Made by a program: the position numbers and the translations under genes. Of a stretch of DNA of 64,000 nt, positions 41,870 to 55,090 are shown piece after piece. How positions within the stretch are numbered: position 1 is the first letter of the stretch; every line of letters begins with the position of its first letter. The notes below the pieces were generated by a model that searched no databases, had not been told where the DNA came from, and worked only from the letters and a program-made list of their open reading frames with translations. The DNA is taken from assembly GCA_028689015.1 (NCBI GenBank), contig JAQTXC010000005.1:3107-67106 (forward strand), read 5' to 3'. The DNA comes from Dechloromonas sp. Its GTDB lineage: Bacteria > Pseudomonadota > Gammaproteobacteria > Burkholderiales > Rhodocyclaceae.

Positions 41870-44022
41870 CGACACACTCCCCCCTCTCTCCACGACGCCA
41901 GCAACGTGGAGGCATCAACATGCTTCTGGTCAGCCTGGCCGGGCTCGCGGCCCTCGCGGTGACTGCCAACAACATGGGTGCCATAGGCAGCCATCAGGAG
42001 AGCAACCTCACTTTTCATGCCAATACGCAAGCCAGCACCCGGGCCTGGCAAGGGGTGGAAATCATCCGTCTTTACCTGGAACAAGCCGGCACCACGATTA
42101 CCACCGGAGAAAAGATCAGCGTACCCAGCCAAGGCGGACTATCAGCCACCCTGAGTATGATCCAGCAACAAGCGGCAGATGGCACCTGGAGTGAGGTCGC
42201 CAGTATCGATTCGACCAAGCCCTATCGCGTCCGGGCGCAAATCCAGTCGCAGGCGGGCATTGCCAGCCGCGCGATCGAGACGGTTTATCTCTACAACCCG
42301 AGCAGCAATACCGAAACACCGACCAGCACACCGGACATCAAGCTGGAAAGCGTGTCGATTCACTCCAATCTGATCCTGCAAGGGGGCGTCAATATCAAGG
42401 GGAGTACCAACGGCAACTTCATGGTCGATGGCAATGCCGACTTATCGGGATCGGTCACCGGCATCAACGAACTGTGTGCCACCGGTGACGTCAAGATACA
42501 AAGCGGCATCACGGTCAACCGGGTGTGCTCGAACAAATCGGTGACCATCAGCCAAGGCGCCACCATTCTTGAAGTCATCGCCATTGGCCAGGTCAACCTG
42601 AACAGCGGTCGAGCAACCGTCGACCAGGTACACTCCAACGCCGACGTGATCTTTGGTACCGGCGGCACCACGGTCAATACGGTCAACACCAAGGGCAACG
42701 TCACCATCACCAGCGGGAGCGGACAAATCACGGGCACCCTGAACAGCGAAGGCAATGTGGTCTGGAAAAACACCTTTGCCGGCAACCTCATCAATGCCAA
42801 CGGCAACGTCGAGTATCGCCCCAACAGCGCTGCCACTATCAACAGTCGTGGCAACGTCACCTTATTAGCTGGCGACAGCAGGGTTCAAAATATTTTTGCC
42901 TTGGGCTGGATCGATCTGCAAAGCAGTTGGGGAGCAGGGGTGACCGGGCAGCTTCGCGGGGGCAGTTGGGTCAATTGGAAAACAGGCAATACCATTGTTG
43001 ACGGCATCGTTCGCGGCGACATCAAGGGGACTGCCGCGAGAGCCTGGGAGCCTATCGTCAACGTGTTCAAAAACCCCAATCTGGTGATCGACATTCCGCT
43101 CGTTTCGGTCGCCGTCATTGACCCCATCGTGATGGAACGGCCGGAGATCGACGCCAATCAATTCAAGGACTCAGCCAATTACGTTTTTTTCTACGAAAAC
43201 GGTAAGAGAAAAGTCACCGTCCGCAATGTAGACGGCATTGACAACGGCACCTACTTCATCGCCTCGTACACCACCAACAACAAGAACGATTATTTGTGCA
43301 CCGCCGTGGACAGCGCAGGCAAGTGCAGTGCACCGACCACGCCCGGCAAAACCCTGTGCATGGGTTTTGGTAACGGAAATGCCTGTTTTGACCAGTCGAG
43401 CGCGGGAAACTGGGTTTTCAACGGACAGAGCATGGCCCCGGGAACCGCTTGGTTTGAAGGCAATCTCAAACTAGCCAACGGCACCTTCATCAATACCTTT
43501 CTGGCCACCGGAAACATCAACATTACGCAGGGCAGCGTCAAGATTTATTCGCCCAATTACGCTGGTTATGCTGGCGTGTGCACCGATAGCAAAGGCTTTG
43601 TCAACACCGACAGTCGCCTGGCCGGCATCAAACCGAAAAATTATTGCATCAACGACACGTTTGAAGCTTTGCCCCTTGGCAACGTCGCCTTACTGGCAGG
43701 CAGCTACACCGGCAGCACTTTTCAGGGCGGCGATATCGCACTCAGCGCCAGTAACCAAATCTACGGCACGATCATGGCAGGCGGCCTGCTGAAAACCAGT
43801 GGCAGCACCAAAATCGTTGGCGCCCTGGTCGTTGCCAACACCCCGAAATCGAGCGCCAGCACCACCATTCAGGGCGGGGTCACCATTGACCTCGGGGAAT
43901 TGCCCAGCACCTTCGACCCAACCTGTGATGGCAGCGACTGCAACAGTGGCGGCACCCCAACAACCTGTAGCGGCAGCACCTGTAACGCCTCCGCAACCGT
44001 ACTCTGGAGTCGCTACCTTTAA
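41866..44022 (+). CDS. PilX-like prepilin fused to a large Gly/Asn-rich beta-helix-like domain (candidate tip adhesin)
   Basis: QRG|GINMLLVSL hydrophobic N-terminus, no E5; repeated N-x-x-G-N-V units; Cys-rich C-terminus; 718 aa. Confidence 0.65.
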   Translation: MTTHSPLSPRRQQRGGINMLLVSLAGLAALAVTANNMGAIGSHQESNLTFHANTQASTRAWQGVEIIRLYLEQAGTTITTGEKISVPSQGGLSATLSMIQQQAADGTWSEVASIDSTKPYRVRAQIQSQAGIASRAIETVYLYNPSSNTETPTSTPDIKLESVSIHSNLILQGGVNIKGSTNGNFMVDGNADLSGSVTGINELCATGDVKIQSGITVNRVCSNKSVTISQGATILEVIAIGQVNLNSGRATVDQVHSNADVIFGTGGTTVNTVNTKGNVTITSGSGQITGTLNSEGNVVWKNTFAGNLINANGNVEYRPNSAATINSRGNVTLLAGDSRVQNIFALGWIDLQSSWGAGVTGQLRGGSWVNWKTGNTIVDGIVRGDIKGTAARAWEPIVNVFKNPNLVIDIPLVSVAVIDPIVMERPEIDANQFKDSANYVFFYENGKRKVTVRNVDGIDNGTYFIASYTTNNKNDYLCTAVDSAGKCSAPTTPGKTLCMGFGNGNACFDQSSAGNWVFNGQSMAPGTAWFEGNLKLANGTFINTFLATGNINITQGSVKIYSPNYAGYAGVCTDSKGFVNTDSRLAGIKPKNYCINDTFEALPLGNVALLAGSYTGSTFQGGDIALSASNQIYGTIMAGGLLKTSGSTKIVGALVVANTPKSSASTTIQGGVTIDLGELPSTFDPTCDGSDCNSGGTPTTCSGSTCNASATVLWSRYL

Positions 44023-44095
44023 TCCTGGGGGCATCGCGAAGGGCAGATTTGCCGTAGAATCCTCGCTTTCAGAAATGTAAATACCGGGGTTACAG

Positions 44096-45058
44096 ATGGA
44101 CATCAAAAAGGTTCTGCTGCTGGGGGGTAGTGGTTTTGTCGGTACCTACATCGTCAACCGTCTGTCGCAGCGCGGCATCGAAGTCACCGTGCCGACCCGG
44201 CGGCGCGAACGCACCAAGGCGCTGATCATTCAGCCCGGGGTCGAGATGCCGGAAGCCAATATCCACTGCGAAAAAACACTGACCGAATTGATGCGCGGCC
44301 ATGACGTCGTGATCAATCTGGTCGGCATTCTGCACAGCCGCGATGTCAAGCTGCCGTATAGCGCCGATTTCGCCCAGGCACATGTTGAACTGCCCAAAAA
44401 AATCATCGCCGCCTGTCAGGCCAGCGGTGTTCGCCGCCTGGTTCATATGAGCGCCCTCAAGGCCGATCCCAAGGGGCCATCCGAATACCTCGCCTCCAAG
44501 GGCGACGGCGAAGCGATCGTACTGGCTGCCCGCGATCGCCTGGACGTCACCGTCTTCCGGCCGTCGGTTATTTTCGGCCTGGGGGATTCTTTCCTGTCGA
44601 TGTTCGCCAGCGTGCTGAAAAAAGCGCCGATCTTCCCGCTCGGTTTCGGCCACGCCCGATTCCAGCCGGTGTGGGCGGCGGATGTCGCCGATGCCTTCGT
44701 CGATTGCCTGAGCAACGACGCGACCTTCGGCCAGGCTTACGACCTGGTCGGCCCGACGACCTACAGCCTGCGTCAACTGGTCGACTACACCGCCGAACTA
44801 ACGGGCAGCCGGGCCCGTATCGTCGCCTTGTCAGAAGGCTGGGCCTATCTGCAAGCCGGCCTGATGTGGCTGGCCCCGAATCCGCTGATGTCGCCGGACA
44901 ACCTGCGCTCAATGCAGGTCGACAGCGTCTGCGACGGCCCATGCCAGCCACCGGCCCACTGGCGACCGGCCGCCCTTGAAGCCATCGCTCCGACTTACAT
45001 TGCCCGCAGCACGCCGAAGGGCAAGCTCGACAGCTTCCGCTTCCGCGCTGGTCGCTGA
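44096..45058 (+). CDS. NDUFA9-like NAD-dependent epimerase/dehydratase
   Basis: GGSGFVG, INLVGIL, YLASKGDGE, RPSVIFG, FQPVW. Confidence 0.9.
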   Translation: MDIKKVLLLGGSGFVGTYIVNRLSQRGIEVTVPTRRRERTKALIIQPGVEMPEANIHCEKTLTELMRGHDVVINLVGILHSRDVKLPYSADFAQAHVELPKKIIAACQASGVRRLVHMSALKADPKGPSEYLASKGDGEAIVLAARDRLDVTVFRPSVIFGLGDSFLSMFASVLKKAPIFPLGFGHARFQPVWAADVADAFVDCLSNDATFGQAYDLVGPTTYSLRQLVDYTAELTGSRARIVALSEGWAYLQAGLMWLAPNPLMSPDNLRSMQVDSVCDGPCQPPAHWRPAALEAIAPTYIARSTPKGKLDSFRFRAGR

Positions 45059-45074
45059 GGACCGACAGGCAGCC

Positions 45075-46313
45075 GTGCAGGTCTTCATCGTCGGCGGTGC
45101 CGTCCGGGACGAACTGCTCGGCCGGCCGTGTGACGACCGCGATTACGTGGTCGTCGGCACGACCCCGGACGCCATGCTGGCGGCCGGTTTTCGACCCGTC
45201 GGCAAGGATTTCCCGGTTTTCCTGCACCCGACGACCCAGGCCGAATACGCCCTGGCCCGCACCGAGCGCAAAAGTGGCCATGGTTACCATGGCTTCACCT
45301 TTCACGCGGCGCCAGATGTCACGCTGGAAGAAGACCTCGCCCGCCGCGATCTGACCATCAATGCCATGGCACGCGGCGCTGACGGCTCGCTGGTCGACCC
45401 CTTTCACGGTCAACGCGACCTAGCGGCCAAAATCCTCCGCCATGTTGGCCCGGCCTTTGCCGAAGACCCGGTACGTATCCTGCGAATTGCCCGCTTTGCT
45501 GCCCGCTTTGCCGATTTCAGCATTGCACCGGCCACCCTGACCCTGATGCAGGACATGGTCGCCAGCGGCGAGGTTGATCACCTGGTTGCCGAGCGGGTGT
45601 GGCAGGAACTGGCCAAGGGACTACTGGAAGACAAGCCGTCGCGCATGTTCGAGGTTCTGCGTTCCTGTGGGGCGCTCAAGCGTCTGCTACCGGAAGTCGA
45701 TGCCCTGTTCGGCGTGGCTCAGCGCGCCGAATACCACCCCGAAATCGATACTGGCATCCATACCATGATGGTCATCGACCAGTCGGCGGTATTCGGCTAC
45801 CCGCTCGCGGTGCGCTTTGCCGCGCTCTGCCACGACCTGGGCAAGGCCACCACCCCAGCCGACGTACTGCCCCGGCACATCGGGCACGAACAGCGCAGCG
45901 CCCAATTGACCGAAGCACTGACCGCCCGCCTGCGCGTTCCCAACGAATGTCGCGACCTGGCCCTGCTGATGGCGCGATACCACGGCAACATTCATCGCGC
46001 GGCTGAATTGCGTCCCAACACCCTCGTCGAACTATTTGAAAAAACCGACGCACTGCGTCGCCCCGAGCGCTTTGAACTATTGCTGGCAGCCTGCTGCTGC
46101 GACTACACCGGCCGCGGCGGTTGGCAGGATCGGGCCTACGAGGCACCGCAACGACTGCGCTGCGCCCTGCGCGCGGTCAACACCGTCGATGGCGGAAAAA
46201 TCGCCCAGCAATGCGTTGACCGCGGCGACATCCCACAGCGCATCCACGCGGCGCGCGTTGCCGCCGTTCGCCTGGCCTTACAGGAGACGGCTCAGCAACC
46301 AGAGCAAGGCTGA
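45075..46313 (+). CDS. cca: Multifunctional CCA-adding enzyme
   Basis: VGGAVRD...DRD, RRDLTINAM, EDPVRILR, HD domain (H...HDLGK); GTG start 45075. Confidence 0.96.
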   Translation: MQVFIVGGAVRDELLGRPCDDRDYVVVGTTPDAMLAAGFRPVGKDFPVFLHPTTQAEYALARTERKSGHGYHGFTFHAAPDVTLEEDLARRDLTINAMARGADGSLVDPFHGQRDLAAKILRHVGPAFAEDPVRILRIARFAARFADFSIAPATLTLMQDMVASGEVDHLVAERVWQELAKGLLEDKPSRMFEVLRSCGALKRLLPEVDALFGVAQRAEYHPEIDTGIHTMMVIDQSAVFGYPLAVRFAALCHDLGKATTPADVLPRHIGHEQRSAQLTEALTARLRVPNECRDLALLMARYHGNIHRAAELRPNTLVELFEKTDALRRPERFELLLAACCCDYTGRGGWQDRAYEAPQRLRCALRAVNTVDGGKIAQQCVDRGDIPQRIHAARVAAVRLALQETAQQPEQG

Positions 46314-46475
46314 AAAAATCAGTGTCGACGCAAACGGGAAGGTATAGGCTCGACCACGCCAGCGAAAGGCCATGTCGCCCGGCAACTGACCAAAGCGAAT
46401 GAAACGGGCCAGATGGGGCGTGACCAGACCCAGCAGAAAGATCGCCAGGACCAAGGTCAATATCCATTTGAACAT
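46278..46475 (-). CDS. DUF2905-like small membrane protein
   Basis: GQLPGD...FPFAS pattern. Confidence 0.75.
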   Translation of the reverse strand: MFKWILTLVLAIFLLGLVTPHLARFIRFGQLPGDMAFRWRGRAYTFPFASTLIFSALLWLLSRLL

Positions 46476-46530
46476 CGGCGCCGCCCAATTTGAAAACCCG
46501 CATTAGACCACGGCGAAAGAAACAATCCCC

Positions 46531-47337
46531 ATGATTACCACGCAGCACATCGGCGGCATCGAACTTTTCAGCTGCCGAACCCGGAAAAAAAAACCCGGCC
46601 CGGAATTGCTCTTCGTTCACGGCGCCTTCGCCGGCGGCTGGATGTGGACCGAAACCTTCATGCCCTTCCTGGCCGACGCCGGCATCAGCAGCCATGCCTT
46701 GTCGCTGCGCGGCCACGGCGGCAGCACGGGGCGGGACCACATCCACGGCCACTCGATCGCCGATTACGTCGACGATGTGCGGAGTATCGTCGACCATCTG
46801 GCCGGCGACCCCCTGCTGGTCGGCCATTCGATGGGTGGTTTTGTGGTGCAGAAATATCTTGAGCATTACCAAGCCCCCGGCGTGGCGCTGCTCTGCTCAG
46901 TGCCTCCACAAGGCTTGATCGCGGCGCAATTTCATCTTCTGATGCAAAAGCCGCAGCTCTTTCTGGAAATCAACCGCATCATGAGCGGCGAATACACCGA
47001 TACCGACACGCTACGCGACGCCTTGTTTGCCGGCGAAGCCGATGAAGCCATGCTGGCCACCTGGCTGGCCCGCATGCAGCCAGAGTCGCAACGCGCCCTG
47101 TGGGACATGTCGATGTTCAACCTGCCCAATCTGTTTGCCATGCACCAACCGCCGATGCTGATCGTTGGCGCTCAGCATGACGTTCTGGTCCCCGCCTTTC
47201 TGGTGCAGACCACCGGCCACACCTACCGCCAGCCGGCGCACATCCTGCGCGATATGGGGCATGCCATCACCCATGAAAAAGAATGGCCGCAGGTTGCGGC
47301 CATGTTGTGCGACTGGGCCCGGGAGATCAAGCCTTGA
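46531..47337 (+). CDS. Alpha/beta hydrolase
   Basis: HGAFAG, LRGHG, GHSMGG nucleophile, D and H (MGH) triad residues. Confidence 0.9.
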   Translation: MITTQHIGGIELFSCRTRKKKPGPELLFVHGAFAGGWMWTETFMPFLADAGISSHALSLRGHGGSTGRDHIHGHSIADYVDDVRSIVDHLAGDPLLVGHSMGGFVVQKYLEHYQAPGVALLCSVPPQGLIAAQFHLLMQKPQLFLEINRIMSGEYTDTDTLRDALFAGEADEAMLATWLARMQPESQRALWDMSMFNLPNLFAMHQPPMLIVGAQHDVLVPAFLVQTTGHTYRQPAHILRDMGHAITHEKEWPQVAAMLCDWAREIKP

Positions 47338-47518
47338 CGTCGACCGCCGCGCCCAGATTCGGAGGATTGCTCGACACCGCCGGCAAGGCCTGGACCAACT
47401 GGGCCGCCGCCTGCGCCTGCAGGTCGAGTGCTTTTTTCAAAACCAGCGTGTTGACCGCGTCACCGGTTTGCGACTGCGACAACGCACTGCTTAAACTGCC
47501 GATTGCACTTAAATCCAT
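47327..47518 (-). CDS. YjfB-family small protein
   Basis: VLKKALDLQAQAAAQLVQAL...NLGAAVDVKA. Confidence 0.8.
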   Translation of the reverse strand: MDLSAIGSLSSALSQSQTGDAVNTLVLKKALDLQAQAAAQLVQALPAVSSNPPNLGAAVDVKA

Positions 47519-47568
47519 CTTGCACTGACTCCTTTTCGGTCACACACTGTTCGCTCAGTGTAGCCGCC

Positions 47569-48540
47569 ATGCCTGACAACGCAATGACCAAGACGCCCGC
47601 CACCGCTCCACAGCCAGCCACCACCGAGACCTCCCGCCATCGCCGCGGCCAGTCATCCTCGTTGGCCGACGATATCGCCGCCCTGGAAGCCTCGCTGCTA
47701 GCCGACATTGAAGCCTTCGACCTCGATGCCGCCGAACGCAAGCAGCGCCAGGACACCCTGAATACCGTCGGCGGTGGCCTGCGGGCAACCGCCGCCAGCT
47801 TTCCCGACATTGCGCCCGGCAGCACTTGGCGCACCCCGGAAGCCCACAAGGCCGAAACCACCCGCCAAGCCACCGCCCAGATCAGCCAGGACGGTGATCT
47901 GTTGACGCAATTGCGGCAGCAGGCCAATGCCCAGCAAGCAGCAGAGCGCGATGCCAGCCGCCGCCAGGCGGTCCAGGACGACGATCTGGATCGGGCACTG
48001 CGGCAGATTTTTCAGTATTTGCATGAGTTGACCCAGCAACTGAACATCCTCAAACCAACCATCGCACACCACTACCCGGTGGCTGACCAGCAAGTACTGC
48101 GCGAACTGGTCTGGCAAGAAGGTTTTGCCGACTACCGGACGCAAGATCAAGCCAGCGGCAACCGCGCCGAATTGGTCAGCCTGGGCATTCGTCTGGACGG
48201 TGCGCCATCGTTCAAGATCGAGCGGGAAGGGCCGGCTATTGAGCGCTTACGAACCCAGTTATTCGACTGGGGGCTGCGCTTCAACTGTCGCGAATTTCAT
48301 AATGCGCGGCGTTATGTCGAGCGCGCCGAGTTCGAGATCAGTGGCAGCCTGAGCGTCAACATCCGCTGGCAGGCCAACTTCGCGCAGGGCCGACTGCTGT
48401 TTGAAGCCCGCAACCTCGAACGCCTGGGGACGGTTCAGCACCACGTTCGGCCAAGCGCGGTCGACCAGGCCTTGCTCGAAGAATTGGGCCGCCTGCTGCT
48501 GGGTCAGCGCAGCCGCTTCCGCGAACTAGCACGGCGCTGA
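47569..48540 (+). CDS. Hypothetical protein
   Basis: Long ORF with host-like codon use; no motif recognised; start uncertain. Confidence 0.6.
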   Translation: MPDNAMTKTPATAPQPATTETSRHRRGQSSSLADDIAALEASLLADIEAFDLDAAERKQRQDTLNTVGGGLRATAASFPDIAPGSTWRTPEAHKAETTRQATAQISQDGDLLTQLRQQANAQQAAERDASRRQAVQDDDLDRALRQIFQYLHELTQQLNILKPTIAHHYPVADQQVLRELVWQEGFADYRTQDQASGNRAELVSLGIRLDGAPSFKIEREGPAIERLRTQLFDWGLRFNCREFHNARRYVERAEFEISGSLSVNIRWQANFAQGRLLFEARNLERLGTVQHHVRPSAVDQALLEELGRLLLGQRSRFRELARR

Positions 48541-48549
48541 AACATGGCC

Positions 48550-49707
48550 TTACAGGCGATGGCGCTGGTCGCCGCGACTAAAGCCGCACAGCGTATCCGG
48601 AATACCGCGTCCAATGGCAATCACCTTGAAGAGTTCGCCCATTTCGTGCGGCATCAGCAGCTGATTGGCGGCGGCCGTCTGGCGAATGTAGGTCTGGCTA
48701 CCGAGCTCAATATCGGCCAGACGATCGAGTAATCCGCAATTGAGCAGGAAGTTGCCTTGGTTGGCATAGCCCAGCAGATCGAGCCCAGCACCGTGTGCGG
48801 CAGCGATTATTGCCGTGAAATCAACGTGGACCGTGACATCCTGCAAACCCGGCAAGTAAAACGGATCGGGATGGGCATGGTGTCGATAGTGGCACATCAG
48901 TGTGCCGCGACCACGTTGCGGATGATAGAACTCATGGCGCGGGAAGCCATAATCAATCAGCAACAGCGCACCACACTGCAAACGATGCGCCCACTCGGCC
49001 GTCCAGGCCCGGGCCGCCAGACCAATTTCACTCTCGAACCCCGGCGGCACGGTGCAGGTCGCTGCAATTTCCTGGGCCGCGACCAGCAAGGCGCCGCTCG
49101 CCGGCCGTTCGTTCCACGTGAAACGGCCCGCTGCATCGACCGTGACGCCCCGCTCGAAAATGCCGTCGGCGCGCCAGGCCACCACCTCAGCCGGCAGGGC
49201 ATCGAGTAACTCGTTGGCTACCACCACCCCAGAAAAACTGTCAGGCAAGCGATCGAGCCAGCACACCCGGTCGATCAGGTGTGGCGCGGCAGCCAACAAC
49301 GTCTCGCGCTGACGCTGACGCAGGTCGGGGGAAAGATCGAGAATATGGTAGTGATCGGGCAAAGCATGGCGTGCTTCCAGAGCCAGTAGCAGGTCAGCCG
49401 CCAACCGGCCAGAGCCAGCACCCACTTCCAGCACCGCCGGGGCGGACATCGCCATGATTTGCGCCACCTGCGCGGCCAGCGCCTGGCCAAACAGCGGGCT
49501 CATCTCCGGGGCAGTCACAAAGTCACCGGCCGCCCCAAATTTACGCGCCCCCGCCGTGTAATAGCCCAAAGCCGGCGCATAGAGCACCAATTCCATATAG
49601 CGGGCAAAGGATAAATGGCCGTCTGCCGCCTGCACCGCGTGCACGATCAAATCGGACAGACGCTGGCTATGCGCCAGCGCATCGGCATCAGGGGCAGGCA
49701 TTGCCAT
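48550..49707 (-). CDS. MidA/NDUFAF7-family SAM-dependent methyltransferase
   Basis: GDFVTAPEMS, EVGAGSG, ANELLDALP, LIDYG, QDVTVHVDF. Confidence 0.92.
   Translation of the reverse strand: MAMPAPDADALAHSQRLSDLIVHAVQAADGHLSFARYMELVLYAPALGYYTAGARKFGAAGDFVTAPEMSPLFGQALAAQVAQIMAMSAPAVLEVGAGSGRLAADLLLALEARHALPDHYHILDLSPDLRQRQRETLLAAAPHLIDRVCWLDRLPDSFSGVVVANELLDALPAEVVAWRADGIFERGVTVDAAGRFTWNERPASGALLVAAQEIAATCTVPPGFESEIGLAARAWTAEWAHRLQCGALLLIDYGFPRHEFYHPQRGRGTLMCHYRHHAHPDPFYLPGLQDVTVHVDFTAIIAAAHGAGLDLLGYANQGNFLLNCGLLDRLADIELGSQTYIRQTAAANQLLMPHEMGELFKVIAIGRGIPDTLCGFSRGDQRHRL
49110..49125. promoter_or_regulatory. parS: parS centromere site
   Basis: CGTTCCACGTGAAACG fits the chromosomal parS consensus (GTTNCACGTGAAAC); parAB is in the same window. 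Confidence 0.8.
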
Positions 49708-49798
49708 GGGAAAGCCTCAAAAGGGGCGAATTTTAGCCTGCACTCGCCCCCGGCAAGCGGTGCAGTGTGATATTTTTCCGGCATTAACGGAGGGCAAA

Positions 49799-50941
49799 AT
49801 GAAAATTCGGCAACAAACGTTCAGCACCCAGCAAGACATCCAACATCTGACCCCAGCCTTTGCCGATATTTCGCCCGCCCTGGTGATCGTCTTTGCTGCG
49901 GTCGACCACCTGGCGAGAGCCGATTTCCTGCCGGGTCTGCGCCAGCTTTTCCCGAGCAGCCAATTGCTCGGCTGCTCCACCGCCGGTGAAATCACGGCGC
50001 AAGGCGTAGATGATGGCAGTTGCACGATCACCGCCATCGAGTTTACGAATACCGCCGTGCGCAGTGCCAGTACCGTGCTGAGTGACATGGCCGATTCACA
50101 AGCGGCCGGTCGCCGCCTTGGCGCAGCGCTGGCCGCCCCCGACCTGAAAGCTGTTCTGGTATTCGGTCCGGGCGTGGCAATCAACGGCAGCGCCCTGGTT
50201 GATGGCATGACCGACGTGCTCGGCCAAAACATCCCGATTACCGGCGGCCTGGCCGGCGATGGCGGGCAGTTCCAGCGCACGCTGACCCTGGGTGAGGCAG
50301 GCGTCAGTCACCAACATGTGGTGGCCGTCGGCCTGTGTGGCAGCGGGCTGCGCTTCGGTCACGGTTCCTTTGGCGGCTGGGAGCCCTTCGGCCCGGCCCG
50401 CAAGGTCACCCGCTGCGTGGGCAATATGCTCTACGAACTCGATGGCGAGCCGGCGCTGGCCATCTACAAACGTTATCTCGGCGAACACGCCAAGGGCCTG
50501 CCGGCCTCTGGCCTGCTTTTTCCCTTCGCCATGCTCGGTGATGATCACAGCGCCGTCGGCCTGATCCGTACCATCCTCGCTGTCGACGAAGCGACGGGCA
50601 GCCTGACCTTGGCCGGTGAAATCAAGGCCGATGGCTATCTGAAACTGATGCATGCCAGTACCGAGAAGCTGGTCAATGGCGCCGAAGCCGCCGCCGAAGC
50701 CGCCGCCGACATGCTGGCCAGCGAGAGTGATCAACTGGCCATTTTGGTCAGTTGCGTCGGCCGGAAACTGGTCATGGGTAATCGCGTCGATGAAGAAGTT
50801 GAGGCCGTCGCAGATGTGCTGGGACAACAGGCCTGCCTGACCGGTTTTTATTCCTACGGCGAAATCAGCCCATTCACGCCGGGTGCCGCCTGCAAGCTGC
50901 ACAATCAGACCATGACCATCACCTGCCTCAGCGAAGCCTGA
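49799..50941 (+). CDS. FIST-domain sensor (NosP-like)
   Basis: GCSTAGEI, GGLAGD, SCVGRKLV, GFYSYGEI, LHNQTMT. Confidence 0.9.
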   Translation: MKIRQQTFSTQQDIQHLTPAFADISPALVIVFAAVDHLARADFLPGLRQLFPSSQLLGCSTAGEITAQGVDDGSCTITAIEFTNTAVRSASTVLSDMADSQAAGRRLGAALAAPDLKAVLVFGPGVAINGSALVDGMTDVLGQNIPITGGLAGDGGQFQRTLTLGEAGVSHQHVVAVGLCGSGLRFGHGSFGGWEPFGPARKVTRCVGNMLYELDGEPALAIYKRYLGEHAKGLPASGLLFPFAMLGDDHSAVGLIRTILAVDEATGSLTLAGEIKADGYLKLMHASTEKLVNGAEAAAEAAADMLASESDQLAILVSCVGRKLVMGNRVDEEVEAVADVLGQQACLTGFYSYGEISPFTPGAACKLHNQTMTITCLSEA

Positions 50942-50951
50942 GCGCCCGACC

Positions 50952-54101
<3,150 letters not shown>

Positions 54102-54163
54102 ACTGGCGGCCCTTTTGTCTTGCTCGCCGCTTCGACTCAACGTTCCGGCCATCGTCGACTCTC

Positions 54164-55039
54164 ATGGCACTATCGAACTCTCTGCAAAAACTGCAAAAAT
54201 CCCTGGAAAGCCGTACCGGCAAGGCCATCATCGACTATCAGATGATTGCAGACGGCGACACCGTGCTGGTCTGCTGCTCAGGCGGCAAGGACTCGTACAC
54301 CTTGCTGGCCATGTTGATGGCGCTGCAAAAGCGAGCCCCCGTCCGCTTCAAGCTGATCGCGATGAATCTCGACCAGAAACAACCAGGCTTTCCCGAACAC
54401 ATTCTGCCGGCCTACTTCGCGTCGATCGGCATCGAGTATCGCATCGTCGAGGCCGACACCTACTCGCTAGTCAAGGAAAAAGTGCCGGAAGGCAAGACCA
54501 CCTGCTCGCTCTGTTCCCGCCTGCGGCGCGGCATCATCTACCGCACGGCCAAGGAATTGGGTGCCAACAAGATCGCGCTCGGCCACCACCGCGACGACAT
54601 GGTGCACACCCTTTTTCTCAACATGCTGTTCGGCGGCAAGCTCAAGGCCATGCCACCGAAGCTGGTCACCGACGATCAGGCACACGTCGTCATCCGGCCA
54701 TTGGCCTATTGCGCAGAAGCCGATATCGCCCGCTTCGCGCGTGGCATGGATTTCCCGATCATTCCGTGCAATTTGTGCGGCTCGCAGGACAATCTGCAGC
54801 GCCAGAAAATAAAGGAAATGATGGCTGACTGGGACCGCCGCTTTCCGGGTCGTACCGAAGCGGTCTTCACCGCCATGCAAAATGTCGTTCCCTCGCACCT
54901 GGCTGATCGTGGCTTGTTCGATTTTGCCGGTTTGACAGTCGACACCATCGTCGACGAGGGAGATATCGCTTTTGACCCCCCCACCTTGCCACCCGCTGCA
55001 ACGTCCGCAGCGGTCAACTGGTTGACCCCGGCCCCTTGA
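54164..55039 (+). CDS. ttcA: tRNA 2-thiocytidine(32) synthetase
   Basis: [21 protein letters not shown]. Confidence 0.95.
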   Translation: MALSNSLQKLQKSLESRTGKAIIDYQMIADGDTVLVCCSGGKDSYTLLAMLMALQKRAPVRFKLIAMNLDQKQPGFPEHILPAYFASIGIEYRIVEADTYSLVKEKVPEGKTTCSLCSRLRRGIIYRTAKELGANKIALGHHRDDMVHTLFLNMLFGGKLKAMPPKLVTDDQAHVVIRPLAYCAEADIARFARGMDFPIIPCNLCGSQDNLQRQKIKEMMADWDRRFPGRTEAVFTAMQNVVPSHLADRGLFDFAGLTVDTIVDEGDIAFDPPTLPPAATSAAVNWLTPAP

Positions 55040-55090
55040 GCAAGGACCTCGTATAATCCAGGCGATTGCCACCACTTCCGGGGCCATAAA

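Noticed and set aside
49723-49765. Interleaved 7-bp and 6-bp inverted repeats with H-type pseudoknot topology before a SAM methyltransferase (SAM-II-like idea)
   Set aside because: Lacks the SAM-II GAUUU loop, overlaps a likely TTGCCG-N15-TAAAAT promoter, and such short GC-rich stems arise by chance.
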